From positions 1-64,000 of the forward strand of contig JAGWLG010000006.1 in the NCBI GenBank assembly GCA_028864975.1: a DNA stretch of 64,000 bases, written 5' to 3'. A program made the position numbers and the translations under genes. The notes under the pieces are model-generated. The model saw only the letters and a program-made list of their open reading frames with translations, did no database searches and had not been told where the DNA came from. This document shows positions 37,214 through 45,471 of this stretch, one piece after another (the stretch's first letter is position 1; each line of letters starts with the position of its first letter). The stretch comes from Thermoplasmata archaeon. GTDB lineage: Archaea > Thermoplasmatota > Thermoplasmata > Lutacidiplasmatales > UBA184.

Positions 37214-39775
37214 ATGTCCACGGCGGCGCCGAACCCTGTGGGAGAGGCGCGCCCTGGTGCCCCCCCCGCCTCCCGTACCCTCCCGCCCGGCGTCCCTCCG
37301 TCCGGCAAGGACCGCAGCCTGGTGTCCGTGGTCTGGTGCCGTCAGGTGGACAACGAGGCGGAGAGCCCAGGGTACACGACGGTCCCGACGGAGTTCCCCG
37401 GGCGAAAAGAGACCCTGGACCTGGTGCGGGTCGTGGGCAATCTCGCGATCAACGCAGCTGACACGCACGACTACTGGGACCCGGACCCGTCGACCAAGCT
37501 CGCCTACTACAACAACCTCTTCCTCTATCCCGCCCACGGCGGACGCTACCTCTGCCTGGGTCGGATGTTCCTCTCGACCGAGGACCGCCCGCGATTGGGC
37601 ATGAAGACCCTGGTGCTGGACACGTCGAGCCTTCTCGCCTCGGAGAACCTGGGGCAGGCCCTTCGCCGTTGGTACGCCTCGATGGGGAATCCCGGCCGCG
37701 TCGCCCCGCCGTCCGGGAAGGTCGACCCGCAGCTCGTGGAAGTGCTCTCGGAGGGCTTCACCTACCTGCGAGGGGACCCGACCACTCCGCTCCTGGGGTT
37801 CGTCTCGGACATCTTCGAGAGCGCCGTCGAGGCCGTGTTCTCGCTCCTCGAGCGGGTGCCGATGTCCGTGGCCGGCCGCTCCGGGATCCTGATCTTCCCG
37901 TACTTCCTCCCCGTGGGCCGCGTCAACTTCCCCGAGTTCGCGGAGAAGTTCCCGCTGACCCTGGGTCTCGCGCGGATCCCCCGCAACGAGGCGGGAGGCG
38001 ACCGGCATCAGAAGCGGCTCGCGGGATGGGCCGGCCAACCTGTTCGCATGATCGATCTGACACAGGGGGTCCCCTCGGACCCTGCAGGAGCCTTGACCCC
38101 TCCCGCGCCCGTCGCCTGGTGGTGCAGCGGAGAGAAGAGCGAGCTCGCTTCCGACCTTCGAAAGGGGGTGGACGCGGTCGAGCTCCCTCGACTCCGAGAG
38201 CCGGCGAAGAGCGACGAGGAGACCTCCGGAAGTGCGCACAGGAGAGAGCTCGCACGCCTCGGAGAGGTGATGGTCACTCTCGCGGGGGCGCTGGAGCGTC
38301 CTGCGGAGGAGCGAAGGGAGCTGGATGCCGAGACCTCCTCCAAGGTCGGAGCGTATCTCACGGCCATCGGCCCGGTCGCTCCCGTACCCGAGACCGGTGT
38401 GCTCTCGTCGAGCTTCGCCCCTGCGGCCAAGGCCTCGGGGGCCCTCGCCTCGGGTCCCGTCGCGGGATCCACCGAGACCGCCGAACCTCCCTGGCGACGG
38501 ACCCCGCGGCTCCGATCGGAGCGTTCCGAGGTGGTGCCCGGCCCTCGGGTCGGCCCGGGGGGCGCCGTACCTCCCGGGGTCGAAAGCCCGCCCGCCGCGG
38601 CCCCCGTCGCTCCGGTCGGGACCAGCCCCGCCGCCGGAAGCGCCCTGGTGTCGCAGGCGTCCGCCGCACCCCCGCAGTTCGCCGACGTGCTCCGGCTCTC
38701 CCCCACCCTGCTCGAAGAGCTTCGCGCGTACATCGACGGTCGCATCGGAGAGGTCAAGACCCGCACCGGAGATCTCGATCCCGACGTCGTCGGTAGGCTC
38801 GAGCGGGACCTGGAGCGTCGGCTCGAGGCGAAGGCCAACCTCCTGGTCTCGCCCGAGGCCCTGGAGGCTCGTGTCGTCGAGGTCCTCTCCCGTCGACCCC
38901 CGCCCCCTCCACCGGACCCTCGCTCCCTCCTGACCGACGAAGTGAAGGCCTCGCTGGCTGACGTGGTGAACTCGCTCGTCGCGCAGCGGCTCACCGAATC
39001 GTCGGCCCAGAAGGTCCCGAAAGCGCCTCCCGAAGTGACCTTGGCCAAGGTGGACGACCGCGTGCTGGAGCTCCTTTCAGGCCAGACGGGGGAGAGGCGG
39101 GCGGCCGTGCTGATGGAACAGAAGATCCAGCGCTACGTCTCGGCCTCCGTCGAGGCCGACCGGAGGTCCACCGACGATCGTCTCGACAAGCTACTCAAGG
39201 AGCTGCAGAGCCGGGCCAAGGCGCAGACCGAGCTGGAGGCCACCATCCGCGCGGAAGTGCGTTTCCTCGATGAAAAGCTCCAGACGCTGATGGGTCGGAT
39301 GATCCCGCTGCTCAAACGGACCTGGCTCAAGATCGACGAGCTCGACAAGCGACCCGCGGGGAGCGGCGGAGCGTCGGAGGCGAAGATGAAGCGCCTGCGG
39401 GACGAGCTTTGGTCCGAAATGAAGCGCCTGGAGCTCGACCTGTCGGAAAGGACGCGCCTTATCCTCGACCGGGTGGAGGGGAACATCCAGAACCAGGGCC
39501 GGCTCTGGCTGACCCTCGTGACCCAGCTCTCGAGCCTCACGGAGCAGCGCCGGGAGCTGGAACGGATCGTTCAGGAGTCCAAGGAGGACATCGAGAGCTC
39601 CTCTTCGCCGGAGGCTTCCCCCGAGGTCGAGGTCGAGGGGGGAGAGACCTCTACGAAGGGGGCCCGGGAGGAGGAACCCCCCCGCAAGGGCCCCCGCGGG
39701 CTCCCAGCGTCCGAATCACGGCACTCGACACGAGCGACACGAACCGACGGCCCGTCCGCCGGTACAGAGGGTTAA
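37214..39775 (+). CDS. Large hypothetical protein: globular N-domain, Pro/Ala linker, long coiled coil
   Basis: Starts 7 nt after the GTPase stop; aromatic-rich N-domain, heptad-rich region about 38700-39600, acidic tail. Confidence 0.75.
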   Translation: MSTAAPNPVGEARPGAPPASRTLPPGVPPSGKDRSLVSVVWCRQVDNEAESPGYTTVPTEFPGRKETLDLVRVVGNLAINAADTHDYWDPDPSTKLAYYNNLFLYPAHGGRYLCLGRMFLSTEDRPRLGMKTLVLDTSSLLASENLGQALRRWYASMGNPGRVAPPSGKVDPQLVEVLSEGFTYLRGDPTTPLLGFVSDIFESAVEAVFSLLERVPMSVAGRSGILIFPYFLPVGRVNFPEFAEKFPLTLGLARIPRNEAGGDRHQKRLAGWAGQPVRMIDLTQGVPSDPAGALTPPAPVAWWCSGEKSELASDLRKGVDAVELPRLREPAKSDEETSGSAHRRELARLGEVMVTLAGALERPAEERRELDAETSSKVGAYLTAIGPVAPVPETGVLSSSFAPAAKASGALASGPVAGSTETAEPPWRRTPRLRSERSEVVPGPRVGPGGAVPPGVESPPAAAPVAPVGTSPAAGSALVSQASAAPPQFADVLRLSPTLLEELRAYIDGRIGEVKTRTGDLDPDVVGRLERDLERRLEAKANLLVSPEALEARVVEVLSRRPPPPPPDPRSLLTDEVKASLADVVNSLVAQRLTESSAQKVPKAPPEVTLAKVDDRVLELLSGQTGERRAAVLMEQKIQRYVSASVEADRRSTDDRLDKLLKELQSRAKAQTELEATIRAEVRFLDEKLQTLMGRMIPLLKRTWLKIDELDKRPAGSGGASEAKMKRLRDELWSEMKRLELDLSERTRLILDRVEGNIQNQGRLWLTLVTQLSSLTEQRRELERIVQESKEDIESSSSPEASPEVEVEGGETSTKGAREEEPPRKGPRGLPASESRHSTRATRTDGPSAGTEG

Positions 39776-39799
39776 TACCCAGGGGAAGGTCGGAAGGAC

Positions 39800-42700
39800 G
39801 TGTCCACGTCAGGGGGCACGCCCCCCGGCAGGTCCGCCCCCAGCGTTAGGGTCGGCCTAGTCCTTCTCGGGATGCTCGCGCTCGTCCTGGGTGGCTCGAT
39901 GGTCCTCCCGGTTCAGGGCACCCACGCTCTCGCCGCGGTCCCCTCCAACACGTCAGGCATGGGCGCGGCGAGCACGAACCCGATGCCTTTGCAGCATGGC
40001 GCCGCCGCCTCCGCCTCCCCGTTGCCTCTTCTTACACGTTCGACGATCGACCCGGTCCTTCCGTACCTCAGCCCCCGACCGCACGTTCCAGCTCCCGGGG
40101 GACCAGGACTTCCGAACCTCACGGGGAACATCACGGGATTCACCCTGGCGCCCCTCTCTTTCTCGCTCACGGGGAATACGGGCCAGCGGTTCAACGCGAC
40201 GATCGGAGCGATGCCGACGGGGGGCAATTCCTCGACCTACGTCTTCGTCCTGCTGGGCGAGACGGTCTCCACGAACTCCACCGCCCTGGTGGGGTACATC
40301 GAAGGTACGTTCGGCCCATTCACCGCCGCGCTTCCCCTCTACCTTGTGCTGAACGGGACCACGCTCTCGACCTGTGGGTTCGGCGGACAGATCATGATGC
40401 CGGGGCCGACGGTCCACACCTTCGCGATGGAGCAGGCCCACCAGGACTGGTGGAACTTCCTCTTGGACGGGAGCCTCATCACGGGAGGGAGCGGGCTCGG
40501 CGGGGGCGGCTTCTGCTCGGGGACCGGGAACGGGACCGCCGACCTCTACGCGGCGAGCACCAGCCCGTTCGTCCTCCCGCTGTTCGCATGGCTCGTCTCC
40601 GCGAACGTCTCGGGCCTGCCCACGTTCCAGATCCCCATCGTCAGCGAGTACCGCACGGGGTCCACGTGGTCCCAGTCGACGGCCGGGACCGTGATCCTGG
40701 ATTCCGTCCTGGGGGTCGAGGGGTACCTGCAGGACTCCACGATCCCCCCGGACTCGGTCGTGGGCGGACCTGCCGTTCCGGTGCAGACCCCGGCCACGTT
40801 CCTGTGGAACACGGGCCCCTTGCCCGCGTTGACGCTCGACCAGAAGGGACTCCCCGGGGAGCTCACTTCAGGAGAGAGCGCCTCGTTCACGGTTTGGATC
40901 AACTCGAGCTCGACCCATAGGGGAGTGAGCAGCGCGAACCTCGCGACGAACTCCTCGCTCGGCGGAGCCTTCGTGCCGAACGGGGGGGGAACCGTTGCGG
41001 GCGAGGACCAACTCGTGTTCACCGCCCCGAATACGATCCAACACGGGAACGACACCATCACCCTCCTCGCCACCGGCACCGGATATGTCGGAGTGAGGTC
41101 GACCTATGCCCTCGGGATCAACGCCGCGCTCCTGGTCCTCCACGCCCGTCCACCTTCTTCCCCCGTCCCGTCCGGGTCGACCACGTCCATCCCGTTCTGG
41201 GTCAACACGTCGCTGGGCGTGCCTGCCGTCCCGACGCAGTTGGTCCCTTCGGTCAAGGGTGGCGGAACCGTGGTGCTTGCTCCGGAGGGAGGGACGACCC
41301 CGGGACTCTACTTCGTGGACTTCACCGCCCCGCTCTTCTCGCGTCCCACCAATTCGACAGTGTTCCTCACCGCCTCTGGCCCCGGGCTCATCACGCAGTC
41401 CGGGTCGGCGACCGTTCCGGTGGGGCTTCGGCCCCTGCTCGTGCTGGGCCCTCCCCCGGGTAACGTGTGGGTCGGAAGCACCGTCTCCTTCGGCCTGTCG
41501 CTCTCGACCCCGGCCGGGAACCTCCCTGTCGCAGGGGGGAGCCTGTGGAACGCAACGGTGCTCGGGGATGACGGGGGAGCCCCGATCCCCTTCGCAGACA
41601 CGGTAGCGGCCGCAGGGGCGACCGCCGTCCTGCGGGTGTCGATGGACCCGACCTACCTCGGTCCGGTTTGGTTCTGGATGAACGTTTCAGCCCCGGGTTT
41701 CGTCCTGTCCGGGGCGACCTGGTGGGAGAACTCGACGGGCAACGCCACGCTCCAGCTCTCCGGACTGCCGGCCGACGTTACCGAAGGACAATCGGTGACG
41801 CTGACGCTGGAGGTGCTCGGCCTCCAGGGTTACCCTCTGGACGGGGCGACCGTCGAGTGGAGCTCTTCCTCGGGAGGGTTCGGTCCGAACGGTGACGCGA
41901 GCGCGCTCGGGTACACCGATTCCACCGGGAGGACGACGGTTCAGTTCGACCCCGCTAGTGTCAGCAACGACACCCCCCTGCTGGTGAGCGCCTCGGTGAC
42001 GTATCCCTACTATGCCCCCGCCTCCGTTACAGGGACCTCCACCGACACGGTCGCGACCGGCCTTCTTGGGACGGCGGACCACGGTATCGCGCTGATCGAC
42101 CTCATCCTCGCTCTTCTGCTCCTCTCGCTCCTTCTCGCCCTCTACGCGGAGTCTAGGTCGCGACAGTCTCGGCGCTCCCCCGGGGCCGGCGGCGTGCGGG
42201 GCGCGGGGTCGGGGTCCTGGGCCCCTCGCGACGCAGGGGAGGGCGAAGGCCGGGCACCTTGGCCGGGGGCCATCACAGCCCGCTACGAAGAGGAAGAACT
42301 AGGCGCTTCCGACCATCCTCCAGAGAGAGAAGCGCGCCCGCCCCAAGTGCCCCCGGTGCGAGGGCAACTTCCACCTCCCGCTTCGGACGCCTCGGGTCCC
42401 GCGGGGAAAGAGGGGATGGATGACGCCGACGACGAACCTCTGCCCCCTGAAACCTCTGCAGCCCCCAGCCCACTCGCGTCGACGGCCCCCGTACCTCCCG
42501 CTGACGAAGGCTCGAGGACCGCTCGGGACGAGCCTTCGGCCGCCTCAGCGCCGAGTGGGTCGATGTCGGGCGCGGCGGAGGTCAAGCCTCAGCCTGTCTC
42601 GGAGCCTGCCGGGGCGCCAGCGCCCGCGCTCCGTCCAAACCTCGCTGACCCACCGTCCGGGGGTGAGGTCGAACCATCGTCCCCAAGCACCCCGCCGGGG

Positions 42701-42805
42701 GGGACCCCAGGGAAGGATGCGCGAGCTGGGAGACAGCGCGATGAACGGAACCCCCCGCCGCGCCGCCAGACGCGCAAGCGAACGGGTACCGACCTTGTGG
42801 AGTAG
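39800..42805 (+). CDS. Large membrane-anchored surface protein with Pro-rich cytoplasmic tail
   Basis: Signal peptide, Thr/Ser/Gly beta-rich Ig-like region with many NxS/T sequons, TM helix (IALIDLILALLLLSLLLALYA), disordered tail. Confidence 0.75.
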   Translation: MSTSGGTPPGRSAPSVRVGLVLLGMLALVLGGSMVLPVQGTHALAAVPSNTSGMGAASTNPMPLQHGAAASASPLPLLTRSTIDPVLPYLSPRPHVPAPGGPGLPNLTGNITGFTLAPLSFSLTGNTGQRFNATIGAMPTGGNSSTYVFVLLGETVSTNSTALVGYIEGTFGPFTAALPLYLVLNGTTLSTCGFGGQIMMPGPTVHTFAMEQAHQDWWNFLLDGSLITGGSGLGGGGFCSGTGNGTADLYAASTSPFVLPLFAWLVSANVSGLPTFQIPIVSEYRTGSTWSQSTAGTVILDSVLGVEGYLQDSTIPPDSVVGGPAVPVQTPATFLWNTGPLPALTLDQKGLPGELTSGESASFTVWINSSSTHRGVSSANLATNSSLGGAFVPNGGGTVAGEDQLVFTAPNTIQHGNDTITLLATGTGYVGVRSTYALGINAALLVLHARPPSSPVPSGSTTSIPFWVNTSLGVPAVPTQLVPSVKGGGTVVLAPEGGTTPGLYFVDFTAPLFSRPTNSTVFLTASGPGLITQSGSATVPVGLRPLLVLGPPPGNVWVGSTVSFGLSLSTPAGNLPVAGGSLWNATVLGDDGGAPIPFADTVAAAGATAVLRVSMDPTYLGPVWFWMNVSAPGFVLSGATWWENSTGNATLQLSGLPADVTEGQSVTLTLEVLGLQGYPLDGATVEWSSSSGGFGPNGDASALGYTDSTGRTTVQFDPASVSNDTPLLVSASVTYPYYAPASVTGTSTDTVATGLLGTADHGIALIDLILALLLLSLLLALYAESRSRQSRRSPGAGGVRGAGSGSWAPRDAGEGEGRAPWPGAITARYEEEELGASDHPPEREARPPQVPPVRGQLPPPASDASGPAGKEGMDDADDEPLPPETSAAPSPLASTAPVPPADEGSRTARDEPSAASAPSGSMSGAAEVKPQPVSEPAGAPAPALRPNLADPPSGGEVEPSSPSTPPGGTPGKDARAGRQRDERNPPPRRQTRKRTGTDLVE

Positions 42806-43438
42806 GGTGCCGTCCGAGTAGATGGTGTCCGCCCCGACCAGCACGCAGGCGGATGGACCCCGGAGATGGGTGGGGATCTCTTCGTCGTCGATCAGTCGCA
42901 CCCGGGCGCCGTAGGTCCGTCGAAGCTCCGTGTAGAGGCTCCTTCCCTCACCTCCAGGTGTGCTCCGGGGTACAACGAGCTTCTGGGGCCGTCGCGCGGG
43001 TGGGAGATCCCGAAGGAGATCTAGGACCGCTTGCGACCTGCTGAACGTCATGACGAGGGCCTTTGGTGGGAAACGTCCGACGGCCGTGCGTCGAAGGAGC
43101 GCGACCTCGTGGGCGAGAGCTCGCTCGTGACGCTGGACCAGCCTTCGAAGCGGCCCGCGAGGACAGGGGCTCGGCGCGTTCTCGGTCCATTCTGAGAAGG
43201 ACCTCGCGAGCTGGACCAGTCCGCCCATCGCAGGCTGGACCCGGCCCATCTCCCTGCACCACCGGCGAAGCCATCGCAACTCGGCCTCCGAGAGGTACTT
43301 GGTCCCCGGTGTTCCGAGGCGATGCAGGGAACGCAGCGCTCGGCGTTGGACCTCGGTCGCGCCGTGCCGCCGGTCGCGGGTGAGCTTCCTCCAGGGTTCC
43401 GAAAGGGAGGAGCGAACGGGTTCGACGCGTCGGCTCAT
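42545..43438 (-). CDS. eIF-2B alpha/beta/delta family protein
   Basis: RHGAT, MTFSRS, STPGGEG, VGADTIYSDG...HKVGT, FDLTP...VWTERG. Confidence 0.8.
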   Translation of the reverse strand: MSRRVEPVRSSLSEPWRKLTRDRRHGATEVQRRALRSLHRLGTPGTKYLSEAELRWLRRWCREMGRVQPAMGGLVQLARSFSEWTENAPSPCPRGPLRRLVQRHERALAHEVALLRRTAVGRFPPKALVMTFSRSQAVLDLLRDLPPARRPQKLVVPRSTPGGEGRSLYTELRRTYGARVRLIDDEEIPTHLRGPSACVLVGADTIYSDGTLLHKVGTRSLARLAARRGVPFIALSPSSRILPWGPPRRGAWGRWFDLTPGRWVSEVWTERGRWRPGRLRDRLRLDLRRARHRPTRR

Positions 43439-43504
43439 GCCTTCCCTCGCGTGCACGCCCCGAGAACCTTCAATTGCGCTTCCGCCTCCCTGGAACCGCG
43501 TGAC

Positions 43505-43771
43505 ATGACGACCACGCAGGCTCCTCGGCGGACCGCATGGATCGTCGAGCCTCCGAAGCTCTGTGCGCTCTGCAAGAACCCGTTGGGTACGGATGCGGGG
43601 ACCAGCGCTTGGAACGGGCAACCGGCCCACCGCGACTGCGTCAGGGTCCACCTCCTGCAGCGAGATCCTGCCTTCCGCGATTGGGGAGGCGAGCCCGCTT
43701 CGGAGGACCTGCCGGAGGACCCTGCCTCGGAACTCGGGACCCGCGAGGACGAAGAGGAGGGGGGCGAGTAG
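43505..43771 (+). CDS. Small putative zinc-finger protein with acidic tail
   Basis: CALC-x18-HRDC and an Asp/Glu-rich C-terminus; fills the intergenic gap cleanly. Confidence 0.6.
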   Translation: MTTTQAPRRTAWIVEPPKLCALCKNPLGTDAGTSAWNGQPAHRDCVRVHLLQRDPAFRDWGGEPASEDLPEDPASELGTREDEEEGGE

Positions 43772-43857
43772 CCGAGGACAGGGCTGGGCCGCACCCCGAA
43801 CACAACGAAGTTTCTTAATCCTTCAACCGTCTCGTACTCTCCCACAGGGGCCGAGCC

Positions 43858-45453
43858 ATGCCGGAAGTGGTCATCACGTGCGATTGGACGATGATGAGCA
43901 ACCACCACGGGAAGGAATTCCTGGGGTTCGGGACGACCAGCCCTCCGTTCCTGCTCCCCGAACGGGTCTACCAGGGGATGTTCTTCCCTCGGATGAAGTG
44001 CGATGAGGAGGGCCACCCTCAACAGGCCCCCTACGGGATGAGGAAGGTCGAGGCCGCGCTCCTCGACGGAGGGTTCGACGCGCGGATCATCCACCCTAGC
44101 TACCTCGACCGCTACATGCCGGGGAAGGCCAAGGTGATGATGATCTCGGGCCACGACTACTTCGGCCTGAACCCGCCGTCCACCACGTTCAGCGGCATCA
44201 TGGGCGGCCGGGCACCGATGAACCGCCTCAATTTCATGCGGATGCTCCGGATGCCCCACGTCCTGGAAGCCCGCCGTCAAGGCATGAAGCTCATCGCCGG
44301 GGGCCCTTGCGCCTGGCAGCTTTCGCCCGCCACCCAAGCGAAGCTCCCGTGGGTCGGGGACTTCGTGAAGGAGATCGGCGGGATCGACGCCATCGTGGAA
44401 GGCGAGGCGGACATCTTCGTCACGGACCTCGTGAAGAAGGCGCTGAAAGGCGAGCCGTTGCCGCCCCACACCTTCCTGCCCCCGAAGGTGGCTCCGAAGG
44501 TGGAAGAGATCCACTCGATCCGCTATCCTTCGGTCAATGGCCTGATCGAGATCGGACGAGGGTGCTGCCGAGGCTGCTCGTTCTGTTCGGTCACCACACG
44601 GCCGACGCGCTGGTACCCCTACGAGAAGATCGAGGAGGAGCTCAAGATCAACGCCGCGATCGGGATCAAGAAGGGGTTGCTTCATTCCGACGACGTCCTC
44701 TTCTACGGCTCGCCGAACATCATGCCCAAGGAAGAGAAGCTGGTCAAGCTCATGCAGCTGGCCAAGCGCTACTACACCCATGTGGGGTGGAGCCACTGCG
44801 CGATCGCCTCCATCATGACCAAACCGCGCCTGCTCCCGAAGCTACGGGATGTCCTTCTCACGAACGGACAGACCTGGTGGGGCGTCGAGGTCGGGGTCGA
44901 GACCGGGAGCCCCCGGATCATCACCACCGCCATGCCCGGCAAGGTCGCCCCGTTCAAGGCGAGCCAATGGCCCGAGCTCGTCGTTCAAGCCGCGGGGCTC
45001 ATGAACGACAACTCCGTGATGCCGGCCTGCACCTTCATCGTCGGGCTCCCGCAGGAGACGGAGGACGATGTCCTCAAGACCATCGACCTGATCGACGACC
45101 TTTGGGACTTCAAGGCCATCCTTGTCCCGATGTTCTTCGTTCCGTTGGGCCACCTCAACAAGCAGAACTGGTTCACGAAGGACCGTATCACTCGGGCCCA
45201 GAGGGAGCTCCTCTCTCGCGCCATGACGCACGGCCTTCGCCAATCGACCCAGATGTTGCGTGATTTCTTCGAGGAGAAGGACGCGTATCGCAGCGCCTAC
45301 ATCGGAGCGTACCGGGGGTTCATCGCGTTCTTGCTCGCGATCGCGAAGATGAAAGGGATCTACAGCCCACCGAAGGCGGACACGCCCCGCTTGGAGAGCC
45401 CGCTCGCCCACCCCGAGCGGCTCCCCCTACCCACCATCCCGGTTCGCGACTGA
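43858..45453 (+). CDS. B12-binding-fold radical SAM protein, probable GDGT ring synthase (Grs-like)
   Basis: NHHGKEFLGF, APYGMRKVEAAL, GGPCAWQ, RGCCRGCSFC (Cx3Cx2C), GVETGS, GLPQETEDD; family recognised from memory. Confidence 0.65.
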   Translation: MPEVVITCDWTMMSNHHGKEFLGFGTTSPPFLLPERVYQGMFFPRMKCDEEGHPQQAPYGMRKVEAALLDGGFDARIIHPSYLDRYMPGKAKVMMISGHDYFGLNPPSTTFSGIMGGRAPMNRLNFMRMLRMPHVLEARRQGMKLIAGGPCAWQLSPATQAKLPWVGDFVKEIGGIDAIVEGEADIFVTDLVKKALKGEPLPPHTFLPPKVAPKVEEIHSIRYPSVNGLIEIGRGCCRGCSFCSVTTRPTRWYPYEKIEEELKINAAIGIKKGLLHSDDVLFYGSPNIMPKEEKLVKLMQLAKRYYTHVGWSHCAIASIMTKPRLLPKLRDVLLTNGQTWWGVEVGVETGSPRIITTAMPGKVAPFKASQWPELVVQAAGLMNDNSVMPACTFIVGLPQETEDDVLKTIDLIDDLWDFKAILVPMFFVPLGHLNKQNWFTKDRITRAQRELLSRAMTHGLRQSTQMLRDFFEEKDAYRSAYIGAYRGFIAFLLAIAKMKGIYSPPKADTPRLESPLAHPERLPLPTIPVRD

Positions 45454-45471
45454 GCTCGACGAGAGAAGGCC

